A DNA stretch of 64,000 nt. Source: an uncultured Hyphomicrobiales bacterium. GTDB taxonomy: Bacteria > Bacteroidota > Ignavibacteria > Kapaibacteriales > UBA2268. Made by a program: the position numbers and the translations under genes. The notes below the pieces were generated by a model. It worked only from the letters and a program-made list of their open reading frames with translations. It did no database searches and was not told the origin of the DNA. Every line of letters begins with the position of its first letter. The first letter of the stretch is position 1. Below, piece by piece: positions 30,310 to 39,242 of the stretch. The stretch is from the NCBI GenBank assembly GCA_964581505.1, contig CAZOOR010000003.1, forward strand, positions 19,659 to 83,658, given 5' to 3'.

Positions 30310-31157
30310 AAGTTGTTGCGACTATATTAACATTCAATAGATTGGAATTTCTAAAAGAAATTGTTGAAGCTATTAAAGGTCAAACCCGAAAACTTGATGA
30401 AATTATTATTATTAATAATTCAAGCACTGACGGCACAAAAGAATGGTTGTCCCTACAAGATGGGCTAATTGTAATTGAGCAAGCAAATCTCGGTAGTTCC
30501 GGCGGACAGTGGCGTGCCTTTCGCGAAGCATACGGACGTGGAGCAGATTGGATTTGGACTATGGACGATGATGTAGTTCCTGCAAAAGATTGTCTTGAAA
30601 AAATGTTGGATAACGATATTCCGTATATCATACGTACTCCTCTTCGCTATATGCACAATGGTAAGCCATTCTTCAATGACGTCCTTACTATGAATTTGAG
30701 CAATCCGTTTAGCAGTTTATGGAATGATGTTTATTCCAAAGAGAATATCAAGGAAGAGAAGACAGAAGCTGTGGGCATCACTTTCGAGGGACCATTATTT
30801 CATCGTTCACTTATTGAAAAAATCGGTTTGCCTGAAAAAGATTTTTTCATCTATGGGGACGATACTGAATTTTTTATTCGTGCTTGGAAAGCAGGATTCA
30901 AAATTTATGTCTATCGTGATGCTACTATGAAACGGAAATTGCCTTATGTCAGTATCCCACCCGAATTCAATTGGAAGACATATTATATGATTAGAAATAT
31001 TATTGCAATTGATAGATTGAATGGAGATACGGCTGTTAGATATGTAAGACCTTTTGCATATTTGCTCAGATGGCTTAGCAGAGTGCATAAACCGGCTGAT
31101 ATTAAAACCGTATTTAAAGCATTTTTTGACGGGTATTTCTTCAAATCGAACAAATAG
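30306..31157 (+). CDS. glycosyltransferase family 2
   Basis: VVATILTFNRLEFLKEIVEAIKGQTRKLDEIIIINNSSTDGT...WTMDDDVVP. Confidence 0.8.
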   Translation: MKVVATILTFNRLEFLKEIVEAIKGQTRKLDEIIIINNSSTDGTKEWLSLQDGLIVIEQANLGSSGGQWRAFREAYGRGADWIWTMDDDVVPAKDCLEKMLDNDIPYIIRTPLRYMHNGKPFFNDVLTMNLSNPFSSLWNDVYSKENIKEEKTEAVGITFEGPLFHRSLIEKIGLPEKDFFIYGDDTEFFIRAWKAGFKIYVYRDATMKRKLPYVSIPPEFNWKTYYMIRNIIAIDRLNGDTAVRYVRPFAYLLRWLSRVHKPADIKTVFKAFFDGYFFKSNK

Positions 31158-31232
31158 TAAGAAGAAAAAAATATAAAAAAGTTGTAATTTGGCATAATTT
31201 TAGATATATTAAATAAACATTTTAGAATTATT

Positions 31233-32375
31233 TTGAGGTTTTCTATGAAGAAAATTCTTTTATTTATTTTTATAAGTTTCGTATTGACGGCTGTTAATGC
31301 GACTGCACAGAACGGTTCATCGTTGGAAAACGGTAAATCTCAAAAGATTTATTATGAGCCGGCTGTTAAGATTAATAAGCTTAGATATCAAGACAAATAT
31401 TTGGTAGATAAGGAAGGCAATACGCTTACTAAGAGGCAATTGCTGGATTTATTAATTGACCAATACGCAAAGTCAAAAGCCTTGGAAAGCCAATTAATCA
31501 CTCTTGGTAAACAACCGCTAATGACTGTTCCTGATTTACCTAAAAGAATAAGCCGCAAAAGAAGTAGGGAACTGACAGAACTAATTAACCAATATGATAA
31601 GGTTGCCGGTAAACTGTCAAATCAAATTTCCGGTTCAAAAATTATGACAGTGAAGAAATTGCAGTTCTTGCTTGATTCAATACAAAATTCAATTTCCGAT
31701 ATGACATATAAGCACGAAGTGGAAAAATTGAAATTGTATGAAGAACAGCGAAGCAAATTCGATAACTATTATGTACTATTGAAAGAAGAGAAACTTAACG
31801 AACTCTTTAAAAATAGTGCGCAGGTGTTTAACGTATCAATATTGGGTCGCCAATATTTCTTGCCCGGCGAATCAAATGTATCTGCCGATTTTACTTTGGG
31901 TGGTAAATTTGAATTGAGTTTGTTTCCGATTTTCAACGGTGCTGATTTCTTGGAATTCTACGGCGAATTTGCCAAACCAAGATTTTCGACAAAAGATGCA
32001 AATGACAATGAATTTCTTTGGAATATTAATTGGTATTCTACCGGTATTAATCTAAAAGTTCCCGGACGTTTGGATTTGAAGGCGTTTACCCTCGGTATGC
32101 GAATGGGTGCAGGCTACTATTGGGCGGAAGCAAGGCAATATAATTCCGGTTTCGGTAAATCCGATTGGCGCGGCTATCGTATTAATTTCGAGATTGACCT
32201 TATGAAATATGCTTGGTTCTATCCCTTGGATTTGTTCGTTCAGTATTCACTTTTCTATCCTACTCAGGACTTTGCATTTAATACGGATAACGGGACAATT
32301 AATCTCGGTAGAGATATGTTCTCAGGTCTCTCGGTTGGTCTAAGGCTTTGCCTGTGGTGGGAAGACAAGTATTAA
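31233..32375 (+). CDS. hypothetical secreted/outer-membrane protein
   Basis: Signal peptide MKKILLFIFISFVLTAVNATAQ. Coiled-coil-like middle, beta-rich aromatic C-terminal half. No recognised motif. Confidence 0.45.
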   Translation: MRFSMKKILLFIFISFVLTAVNATAQNGSSLENGKSQKIYYEPAVKINKLRYQDKYLVDKEGNTLTKRQLLDLLIDQYAKSKALESQLITLGKQPLMTVPDLPKRISRKRSRELTELINQYDKVAGKLSNQISGSKIMTVKKLQFLLDSIQNSISDMTYKHEVEKLKLYEEQRSKFDNYYVLLKEEKLNELFKNSAQVFNVSILGRQYFLPGESNVSADFTLGGKFELSLFPIFNGADFLEFYGEFAKPRFSTKDANDNEFLWNINWYSTGINLKVPGRLDLKAFTLGMRMGAGYYWAEARQYNSGFGKSDWRGYRINFEIDLMKYAWFYPLDLFVQYSLFYPTQDFAFNTDNGTINLGRDMFSGLSVGLRLCLWWEDKY

Positions 32376-32378
32376 TGG

Positions 32379-33410
32379 TTGAATACAATTAAAAAGGATA
32401 AACAAATGAAAAAGTACTATTTTTTAATCATTATTTTAGGGTTGTTCTTCTCGTTGGAAACTTATGCACAGAGAAGCAACTTGGAACTCGGTAAGCGTTA
32501 CATAAAGCTGGGCGGTTCGTTTCGTGAATCAGGTGCATTTGATTTAAGCAAAGATTATCTTGAGAAAGGGCTGGCTATTGTCCGGCGCCACAATGAAAAT
32601 TACTGGATAGCTGTTGCTAATGAGTATCTTGGTTATTACTGGCGGGATAGGGCGCAGATTGAAGGTAAAAGTAAATACTTTACAAGGGCTTTGAGGCATC
32701 TGGACAAGGCATTAAGTATTTATCAGAATGTTTTAAAGAATAACCCCGGTAGCATTCAAGCCGTCAAACGTGCAATTGCTACTTTGCGTACAAATGGTAA
32801 TACCGACAATACAAGTTATTTGTCTGATAACGATTTCTCGGCTGGGGATTCGCCCGAGTCCGATTATATGGATAAAGCACTTGAAGCAATGTATGCACAT
32901 AATTTTGAACGGGCGAGAGAATATTTAAAGCAAGCACTCAAAGAAAATCCTGATTCCGAGATGGCAAAATACTTGCTGTATATTATTCCCAAGATTGAGA
33001 AATACCCAACCCCGGGATTGAATTATGAAAAAATAAAAATTGTTACTTCCAAAAAAGAATTGAAAAGTGAATATATCAATCATAAAGAAGTTGATATTAT
33101 TGACCTAAGTAATACTGACGGTTTATTGCGAGTTCCGCGTGAACTTGAGGACTTCCCGAATGTAAAAATTCTTAATCTCTCGAATAATGATATATCAAGA
33201 ATAAAAAATGATGACGGTATCTGTGGATTGAAAGAATTGAAAATACTCGATTTATCATATAATGAACTAACGGAAATCCCAGAGTGTATTAAGTTCTTAC
33301 CGAAATTGCAGGTGCTTTATCTGCGTGGTAACGACATACCTTTTGCCGAAATATTGCGTTTGAAAGATGAAAATATGTATCTTCAAATTGTAATGGACGA
33401 GGAGGACTAA
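32379..33410 (+). CDS. secreted TPR-like / leucine-rich-repeat (LRR) protein
   Basis: Signal peptide (probable start at internal Met: MKKYYFLIIILGLFFSLETYAQ). C-terminal LRR units LSNTDGLLRVPRELEDFPNVKILNLSNNDISRI...LKELKILDLSYNELTEIPECIKFLPKLQVLYLRGNDI. Confidence 0.6.
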   Translation: MNTIKKDKQMKKYYFLIIILGLFFSLETYAQRSNLELGKRYIKLGGSFRESGAFDLSKDYLEKGLAIVRRHNENYWIAVANEYLGYYWRDRAQIEGKSKYFTRALRHLDKALSIYQNVLKNNPGSIQAVKRAIATLRTNGNTDNTSYLSDNDFSAGDSPESDYMDKALEAMYAHNFERAREYLKQALKENPDSEMAKYLLYIIPKIEKYPTPGLNYEKIKIVTSKKELKSEYINHKEVDIIDLSNTDGLLRVPRELEDFPNVKILNLSNNDISRIKNDDGICGLKELKILDLSYNELTEIPECIKFLPKLQVLYLRGNDIPFAEILRLKDENMYLQIVMDEED

Positions 33411-33570
33411 ACATTAAGACAGGCTAAAAGATTAACAGATAATTAATATTATCTGAAAAAATTAAAAATAATAAAAATTTTGTGATTTTATCTAAATTCA
33501 TTTTCTTAAATTACAACTGTTGAAATGACAAAAAAATAATTGTTTTTCTAAAAGAACATGAATTTTAAAA

Positions 33571-33630
33571 GCAAATCAAGAAACGGAAACTCCGAAAGCA
33601 TTCGGACTGCTATTGATTTGCTTTTATTTT
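33571..33630 (+). promoter_or_regulatory. nested stem-loop plus U-tract in the gdhA leader (terminator/attenuator-like or small RNA 3' end)
   Basis: Outer stem gcaaatcaa / ttgatttgc enclosing inner stem tccgaa-agca-ttcgga, followed by ttttatttttg. Lies ~45 nt upstream of the gdhA start with AGGAG just after it. Confidence 0.3.
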
Positions 33631-33665
33631 TGTGTCTTAACTAATTTTTAATTTTAGGAGTTATT

Positions 33666-34952
33666 ATGGCTAGCGAAGCTTTCAATCCGTTCAAAATGGC
33701 ACAGCAGCAGTTCGATGCAGTTGCCGAGAAATTAGAATTGGATCAAGCAACAAGAGATTTATTGCGTTTTCCCGACCGTGAATATCATTTTAATATTCCG
33801 ATACGCATGGATGACGGAAGTTACAAGGTGTTCAAGGGTTTCCGCTGTCAGCACAGTGATGCACGCGGACCTTCAAAAGGCGGTATTCGTTTCCACCCGC
33901 AGGAAACAATAGACACCGTAAGAGCGCTTGCAATGTGGATGACCTGGAAGACCGCAGTAGTCGATATACCGCTTGGAGGCGGTAAAGGCGGCGTTATTTG
34001 CGACCCGCACAATCTTTCAATGAGAGAGCAGGAAGCAATATGTCGCGGTTGGGTTCGCCAGATTGCACGCAATATCGGTCCTCTGCAAGATGTTCCGGCT
34101 CCGGACGTTATGACTTCCGGTCAGCATATGTTGTGGATGCTCGACGAGTATGAAAGAATTGTTGGATACAAAGCACCCGGTTTAATCACAGGTAAGCCTC
34201 TCGGTTTGGGTGGCTCGCTCGGTAGAACAGAAGCTACCGGCTACGGTGCTATGTATTGCACAAGGGAAGCATTGAAAGAAATGAATATTGATATTTCAAA
34301 AACTACTGCTTCTTTCCAAGGCTTTGGTAATGTCAGCCAATATGCTGTTGACCTCTATACTCAATATGGCGGAAAAGCTATCGCTGTTTCTTGCTGGGAT
34401 AACAAAGAGCAGAAATCATTTACATACCGCAAAATGGACGGTATTAAAATGGAAGATTTGCTTTCAATCACTAATCGTTTCGGCGAAATCGATAAAGCAA
34501 AAGCCCAAGATATGGGATTTGAAATTCTCCCCGGTGATGCTTGGATTGAGCAAGATGTTGATATTCTTGTTCCTGCCGCTATCGAAAATCAGATTAACGG
34601 TAAAACAGTGAACAAAATCAAAGACACTGTTAAGTTGATTGTCGAAGGTGCAAATGGACCGACAACACCCGAAGCTGACGAAGTGATTAAAGAAAAAGGT
34701 ATTTGGGTAATTCCCGATTTCTTGGCTAATGCCGGTGGCGTTACATGTTCATACTTCGAGCAGGTACAGTGTAATCTTAATTACTACTGGCCCAAAGAAG
34801 AAGTCCTCACCAAACTTGATGAGAAGATGACAAATGCCTATCATGCTGTTTCGGATTTGGCTCGTTCCAAGAATATCTATATGCGTGATGCCGCATATAT
34901 GATTTCTATTTCGAGAGTTGCAGAAGCCGTTAAAATTCGCGGCTGGGTTTAA
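33666..34952 (+). CDS. gdhA: NAD(P)-dependent glutamate dehydrogenase (Glu/Leu/Phe/Val dehydrogenase family)
   Basis: FKGFRCQHSDARGPSKGGIRFHP...LGGGKGG...GFGNVSQY; 428 aa. Confidence 0.9.
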   Translation: MASEAFNPFKMAQQQFDAVAEKLELDQATRDLLRFPDREYHFNIPIRMDDGSYKVFKGFRCQHSDARGPSKGGIRFHPQETIDTVRALAMWMTWKTAVVDIPLGGGKGGVICDPHNLSMREQEAICRGWVRQIARNIGPLQDVPAPDVMTSGQHMLWMLDEYERIVGYKAPGLITGKPLGLGGSLGRTEATGYGAMYCTREALKEMNIDISKTTASFQGFGNVSQYAVDLYTQYGGKAIAVSCWDNKEQKSFTYRKMDGIKMEDLLSITNRFGEIDKAKAQDMGFEILPGDAWIEQDVDILVPAAIENQINGKTVNKIKDTVKLIVEGANGPTTPEADEVIKEKGIWVIPDFLANAGGVTCSYFEQVQCNLNYYWPKEEVLTKLDEKMTNAYHAVSDLARSKNIYMRDAAYMISISRVAEAVKIRGWV

Positions 34953-35093
34953 TTACTCTCAACATACTTTATTTTACTATTTAGAGCCGTCCTTTTTTCG
35001 GGCGGCTCTTTTGTTTTATTAATCTATTGTTTTTCAGCACCGTAGGGGACTCATCTCTTTTGTTCTATTAAACCCAATACCTAAACCAATAAT

Positions 35094-36407
35094 CTATTTA
35101 ACTTTGTTAACTTTGGAATGGAGTTCATTTAAAAGAGAATGAATAATCTTATCACTTGTGCCGAGATTGGAAATGATGTAGTTCCGAGCAATTTCGCCCT
35201 TCTTTTTTCTTTTATTCTTATCGCCCAGCATTGCCAGCCAATTGTAGGTGTCGTCTTGATTATATACTACTGTCAATGCTTCTACATTTAATAGATTGAC
35301 GGCATCAGGAGAATTATTGATTTTCTTTGCTGTGGCAATAGGAAGTCCGTAGCCTGCCGCCTCGGTTACGCTATGAATACCGGCACCAAACCCCCCACCA
35401 ATATATGCGGCATCTGCAAATGAATATAGAGCAAGAAGTTTACCGATACTGTCCACGATGATATGTTTGTTACTCATTCTATCGGCAATTATCTTATTGT
35501 CATTTGTATTCTTTATTAATTCGATTAATTCGGAAAGTAGTAGTGCGTCAATCCTCGTTTTCAATTTTGTAATATGTCGGCTTGTCGGTTCGTGTGGTAC
35601 AAAAATACACCTGTAATTGAATCTATCTTTATTTATATGCCCCAAAGCAGGGATTAATATGTCTTCATCAGGTTCCCAAGTACTACCGGCGACAAGTGTA
35701 AATTGATTGCTAAATAATTCTTTTGGCAGTAATTCATTGTTGCGATTATTATCAACTGCGGCAAAAATTCTATCAAAACGTGGGTCGGTTGCAGTGATAA
35801 TCTGTGAATTAATATACAAAGATTCAAAGAAATCCGTATGCGTTTTCCCGACTGTATATATTTTATTGAATAATGAATAATTTGAAGCAAAGAATTGATT
35901 AACCAATTCTATTGATGCTAATTTAGACTTAGCAGGCTTGGTAGCCGCAATAAGAAATAGAGGTATTTCTCGCTTATGGCATTCATAGAGATAATTGTGC
36001 CATAAGTCGTAACGTATGAATACGGATAAATCAGGTTTGTACTTATCCAGAAAACGCTTGACATTAGCTCTACTGTCTGCCGGTAGATAAATTACTGCAT
36101 CTGCAAATTGATAATCCTTTTGATTTTCGTATCCGGAGGGTGAGTAAAATGTAACAAGAATTTTAATATGTTTATTATCTGTTTTCAGTTTCTCAATAAT
36201 GTATTTAGCCTGCTCGAACTCACCCATTGATGCCGAATGAAACCATATTAACTTATCCGAGCTGTTGCGTCGAATTTCGGTATTATTGAAAATACTTTTC
36301 CAATTCTTCTGACGCATTTTTAGCTTGGGCAGAAACAAGGAAAGAATCGGCACGAGTAATTTCATTACCGGAATAATAAAAATATTATATATGAAATGAT
36401 AAAACAT
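35094..36407 (-). CDS. waaA: 3-deoxy-D-manno-octulosonic acid (Kdo) transferase
   Basis: LIWFHSASMGEFEQAKYIIEKLK (WxHxASxGE motif) and GT30 organisation; 437 aa. Confidence 0.85.
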   Translation of the reverse strand: MFYHFIYNIFIIPVMKLLVPILSLFLPKLKMRQKNWKSIFNNTEIRRNSSDKLIWFHSASMGEFEQAKYIIEKLKTDNKHIKILVTFYSPSGYENQKDYQFADAVIYLPADSRANVKRFLDKYKPDLSVFIRYDLWHNYLYECHKREIPLFLIAATKPAKSKLASIELVNQFFASNYSLFNKIYTVGKTHTDFFESLYINSQIITATDPRFDRIFAAVDNNRNNELLPKELFSNQFTLVAGSTWEPDEDILIPALGHINKDRFNYRCIFVPHEPTSRHITKLKTRIDALLLSELIELIKNTNDNKIIADRMSNKHIIVDSIGKLLALYSFADAAYIGGGFGAGIHSVTEAAGYGLPIATAKKINNSPDAVNLLNVEALTVVYNQDDTYNWLAMLGDKNKRKKKGEIARNYIISNLGTSDKIIHSLLNELHSKVNKVK

Positions 36408-36452
36408 AATAAAAAAAGGGCAGTTCTGATACTGCCCTTATTGATAATAGAA

Positions 36453-37397
36453 TTATAAATTTTCACCAAGCCAGCGTTCGGCATCAATTGCCGCCATACA
36501 GCCTGTGCCGGCAGCGGATATAGCCTGACGATATACAGAATCCTGTACATCACCGCAAGCAAATACGCCCGGAATATTTGTATATGTCGATTTCGGCTTT
36601 GTGATTAGATAGCCTGTTTCGTCCTTGTCCAGAGTATCACCGAATACCTCTGTGTTAGGCACATGCCCGATAGCATAAAAAACGCCGTCAGCAGGTACTT
36701 CGCTGATTTCGTCTGTCTTTGTGTTTCGTACTTTCAGCTTTGTTAATTTCGGAAAACCATTGACTTCTTCACCAAGAAATTCTTCGATAACGTAGTTAAG
36801 CATCCAGTCGATTTTTGGATTTTTCTTTGCTTGCTCAATCATAATTTTTGAAGCACGCAGATAGTCTCTACGATGTAAAATTGTTACTTTGCTTGCAAAG
36901 TGTGTCAAGTAGTTAGCTTCTTCCATTGCAGAGTCGCCACCACCAATAATGTACACGTGTTGGTCGCGGAAGAAGAATCCATCGCAAGTGGCGCAAGCGG
37001 AAATGCCGTATCCCCAATATTTTTCTTCGCCCTTATAGTGAAGTCTGCGAGCAGTGGCACCGGTAGAAATAATAACGGCATCAGCAGTATATTCCTTGTC
37101 TGCCGAAGACCACATTCTAAACGGTCTTTCGGAAAAATCGACTTTTTTAATAGTCTCAAAAATTGATTTGGCACCGAATTTATGTGCTTGCTTTCGCATA
37201 ATTTCCATAAGTTCAGGACCTTGTACTCCATCGGGGAAACCCGGATAATTTTCAACTTCCGTTGTAATTGTCAGCTGTCCGCCGGGCTGGTCGCCCAAAA
37301 AAACTACTGTATCCAATAATGCGCGCCCCGTATATATTGCGGCTGTCAATCCCGCAGGACCCGAACCGATTACTATCACTTTGTGATGTTCTGCCAT
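36453..37397 (-). CDS. trxB: thioredoxin-disulfide reductase
   Basis: MAEHHKVIVIGSGPAGLTAAIY, redox-active CATCDG, second GGGDSA dinucleotide motif. Confidence 0.9.
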   Translation of the reverse strand: MAEHHKVIVIGSGPAGLTAAIYTGRALLDTVVFLGDQPGGQLTITTEVENYPGFPDGVQGPELMEIMRKQAHKFGAKSIFETIKKVDFSERPFRMWSSADKEYTADAVIISTGATARRLHYKGEEKYWGYGISACATCDGFFFRDQHVYIIGGGDSAMEEANYLTHFASKVTILHRRDYLRASKIMIEQAKKNPKIDWMLNYVIEEFLGEEVNGFPKLTKLKVRNTKTDEISEVPADGVFYAIGHVPNTEVFGDTLDKDETGYLITKPKSTYTNIPGVFACGDVQDSVYRQAISAAGTGCMAAIDAERWLGENL

Positions 37398-37515
37398 TTA
37401 AACCTCATTTATTTATATAAAAAAATACTCAAAATTTTTTCTATTTGACGATTATGTTTAGATTGTAATATTAATTATTTGAAAATTTAACAAAAAGTTT
37501 TTTTAATTTTTCTTT

Positions 37516-38577
37516 TTGAGTAATATGTTTGAATCATTGAAATTTCTGGAACTGACGACTAATCCATATATAGATGTACTGTTCAAATTCATTGCCTTTG
37601 TTGTTGTTTTGTTTGTTCTCGAATTTATTATTAATCGTGTATTCAGAAAACTTACGAGAAAAACCACCACTGATTTAGATGATGTTTTGGTAGAAATTCT
37701 TCATAGACCAATTCTTTATACAATAGTTGTGTCTGGTATTTATTTTGCTATTAGGGATTTGCAGCCGTCCGCTTCTTTATTGCTCCTGTCGCAACGATTA
37801 TTTTATTCTATTTTATTGATTTCTTGGACGATTACCGCCTTTGGTCTTACTCGCAAAATTATTGTCAGCATACTATTCAAATTATTTCAGATAAGTGGTT
37901 TGCGCGATGATGCCGTTCCTGCATTAACGAGTCTTCTGAAAATCATCATAATTGTCGTCTCGCTCATTATTTTTCTGGCAATATGGGGAGTGGATTTGGC
38001 ACCAATGCTGACTTCGGCGAGTATAATGTCGGCTGTTGTGCTATTTGCCGCTAAGGATACTATTTCAAATTTCTTTGCGGGGTTTACTATTATTGTTGAC
38101 CAACCGTATAAGATAGGTGATTATGTAGATTTATCAACCGAAAGGGGAGAGGTTGTGGAAATTGGGCTTCGTAGTACTCGTATCAAGACGCGTGATGATA
38201 TATTGATTTCAATTCCCAATTCGATAATTGCAAATGAGAAGATAATTAACGAAAGTGCGCCCGAGAAGAAATTTAGAGTTCGGGTACCTATTGGGGTCTC
38301 GTATAATTGTGATATTGAGTTAGTCGAAGATATTTTACTTCAAATCGCTAAGAATAATGATAATATTTATCCCGAACCGGAACCGCGTGTCCGTTTCAGA
38401 ACATTTGGCGATTCGTCTCTTAATTTTGAATTACTTGGCTGGGCGAAAGAGCCTGAATTACGTGGTTTGACTATCCATCAAATTAATAAGGAAATTGTAA
38501 AGCAGTTCAGGGAGCATAGTATCGAAATCCCATATCCTCAACGAGATTTGCATATTATTTCCAATCGAACGGAATGA
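37516..38577 (+). CDS. mechanosensitive ion channel, MscS family
   Basis: Pore-helix/beta-domain signature ASIMSAVVLFAAKDTISNFFAGFTIIVDQPYKIGDYVDL. Three N-terminal TM helices. Confidence 0.85.
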   Translation: MSNMFESLKFLELTTNPYIDVLFKFIAFVVVLFVLEFIINRVFRKLTRKTTTDLDDVLVEILHRPILYTIVVSGIYFAIRDLQPSASLLLLSQRLFYSILLISWTITAFGLTRKIIVSILFKLFQISGLRDDAVPALTSLLKIIIIVVSLIIFLAIWGVDLAPMLTSASIMSAVVLFAAKDTISNFFAGFTIIVDQPYKIGDYVDLSTERGEVVEIGLRSTRIKTRDDILISIPNSIIANEKIINESAPEKKFRVRVPIGVSYNCDIELVEDILLQIAKNNDNIYPEPEPRVRFRTFGDSSLNFELLGWAKEPELRGLTIHQINKEIVKQFREHSIEIPYPQRDLHIISNRTE

Positions 38578-38637
38578 TGAAAGCATTATTAAAAAAGAGT
38601 CGCTATATGCGGCTCTTTTTTTGTTTTACCGATTTAT

Positions 38638-39066
38638 TTATTCTTCTTCAAATGAAGTAGGCTCCCAATCTAAGCCGTCGCAGGGGATATATTCTTTTGT
38701 AATATGTTCATCATAGATTTTGCAAAGCTGACCACTTGATTCAAAGTATTTGCATTTGCCGCATAAAGTATTTTCTTCAATGTCCTTTATCTTTTTATCA
38801 AAGTTTTGAAACTGCTTCCAGCCCGGATATATAGCGGCAAACCAAAAAATAAATAACGCAAGCCACCAATAGCCGTGAAATCTAAAAAACTGAATGAAGA
38901 AAAAACTGAACAAGACGATGATTGAAGCACGTAGAATAATACCCCAAACAATAGAACCGACAGTTACGACAGGTTGTAGTGTGCCGTTCTCGTCTTCTTG
39001 TGTGCCTTCGCGAAATAGGAAAGCATCTGCTATTTTATCAATATATTTATCCATAATCATATACAC
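38638..39066 (-). CDS. hypothetical membrane protein with C-terminal Cys4 (zinc-ribbon-like) motif
   Basis: Two hydrophobic helices, then CGKCKYFESSGQLCKIYDEHITKEYIPCDG. Confidence 0.4.
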   Translation of the reverse strand: MYMIMDKYIDKIADAFLFREGTQEDENGTLQPVVTVGSIVWGIILRASIIVLFSFFFIQFFRFHGYWWLALFIFWFAAIYPGWKQFQNFDKKIKDIEENTLCGKCKYFESSGQLCKIYDEHITKEYIPCDGLDWEPTSFEEE

Positions 39067-39242
39067 GTATCAATGTGCTTTTTTTTGTATTTGTTGAAAA
39101 ATATAAAAAAGTTGTTATGTTATTACGTCAAGTATTGATAAATTAATTCTTTTTTAGCAGCAAATTTCAAAAAACCTTTATTTGTAGCAAGATAACCATA
39201 TTACCTGAGTTCATCGCTAATCAAATTGCCGCCGGAGAAGTT

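Noticed and set aside
26833-31157. Impression that the GT4-DedA-GT4-NUDIX-GT2 block is more AT-rich than flanks (possible horizontal acquisition)
   Set aside because: I could not compute windowed GC or codon usage reliably by eye. Left as a suggested check under the polysaccharide-locus finding.
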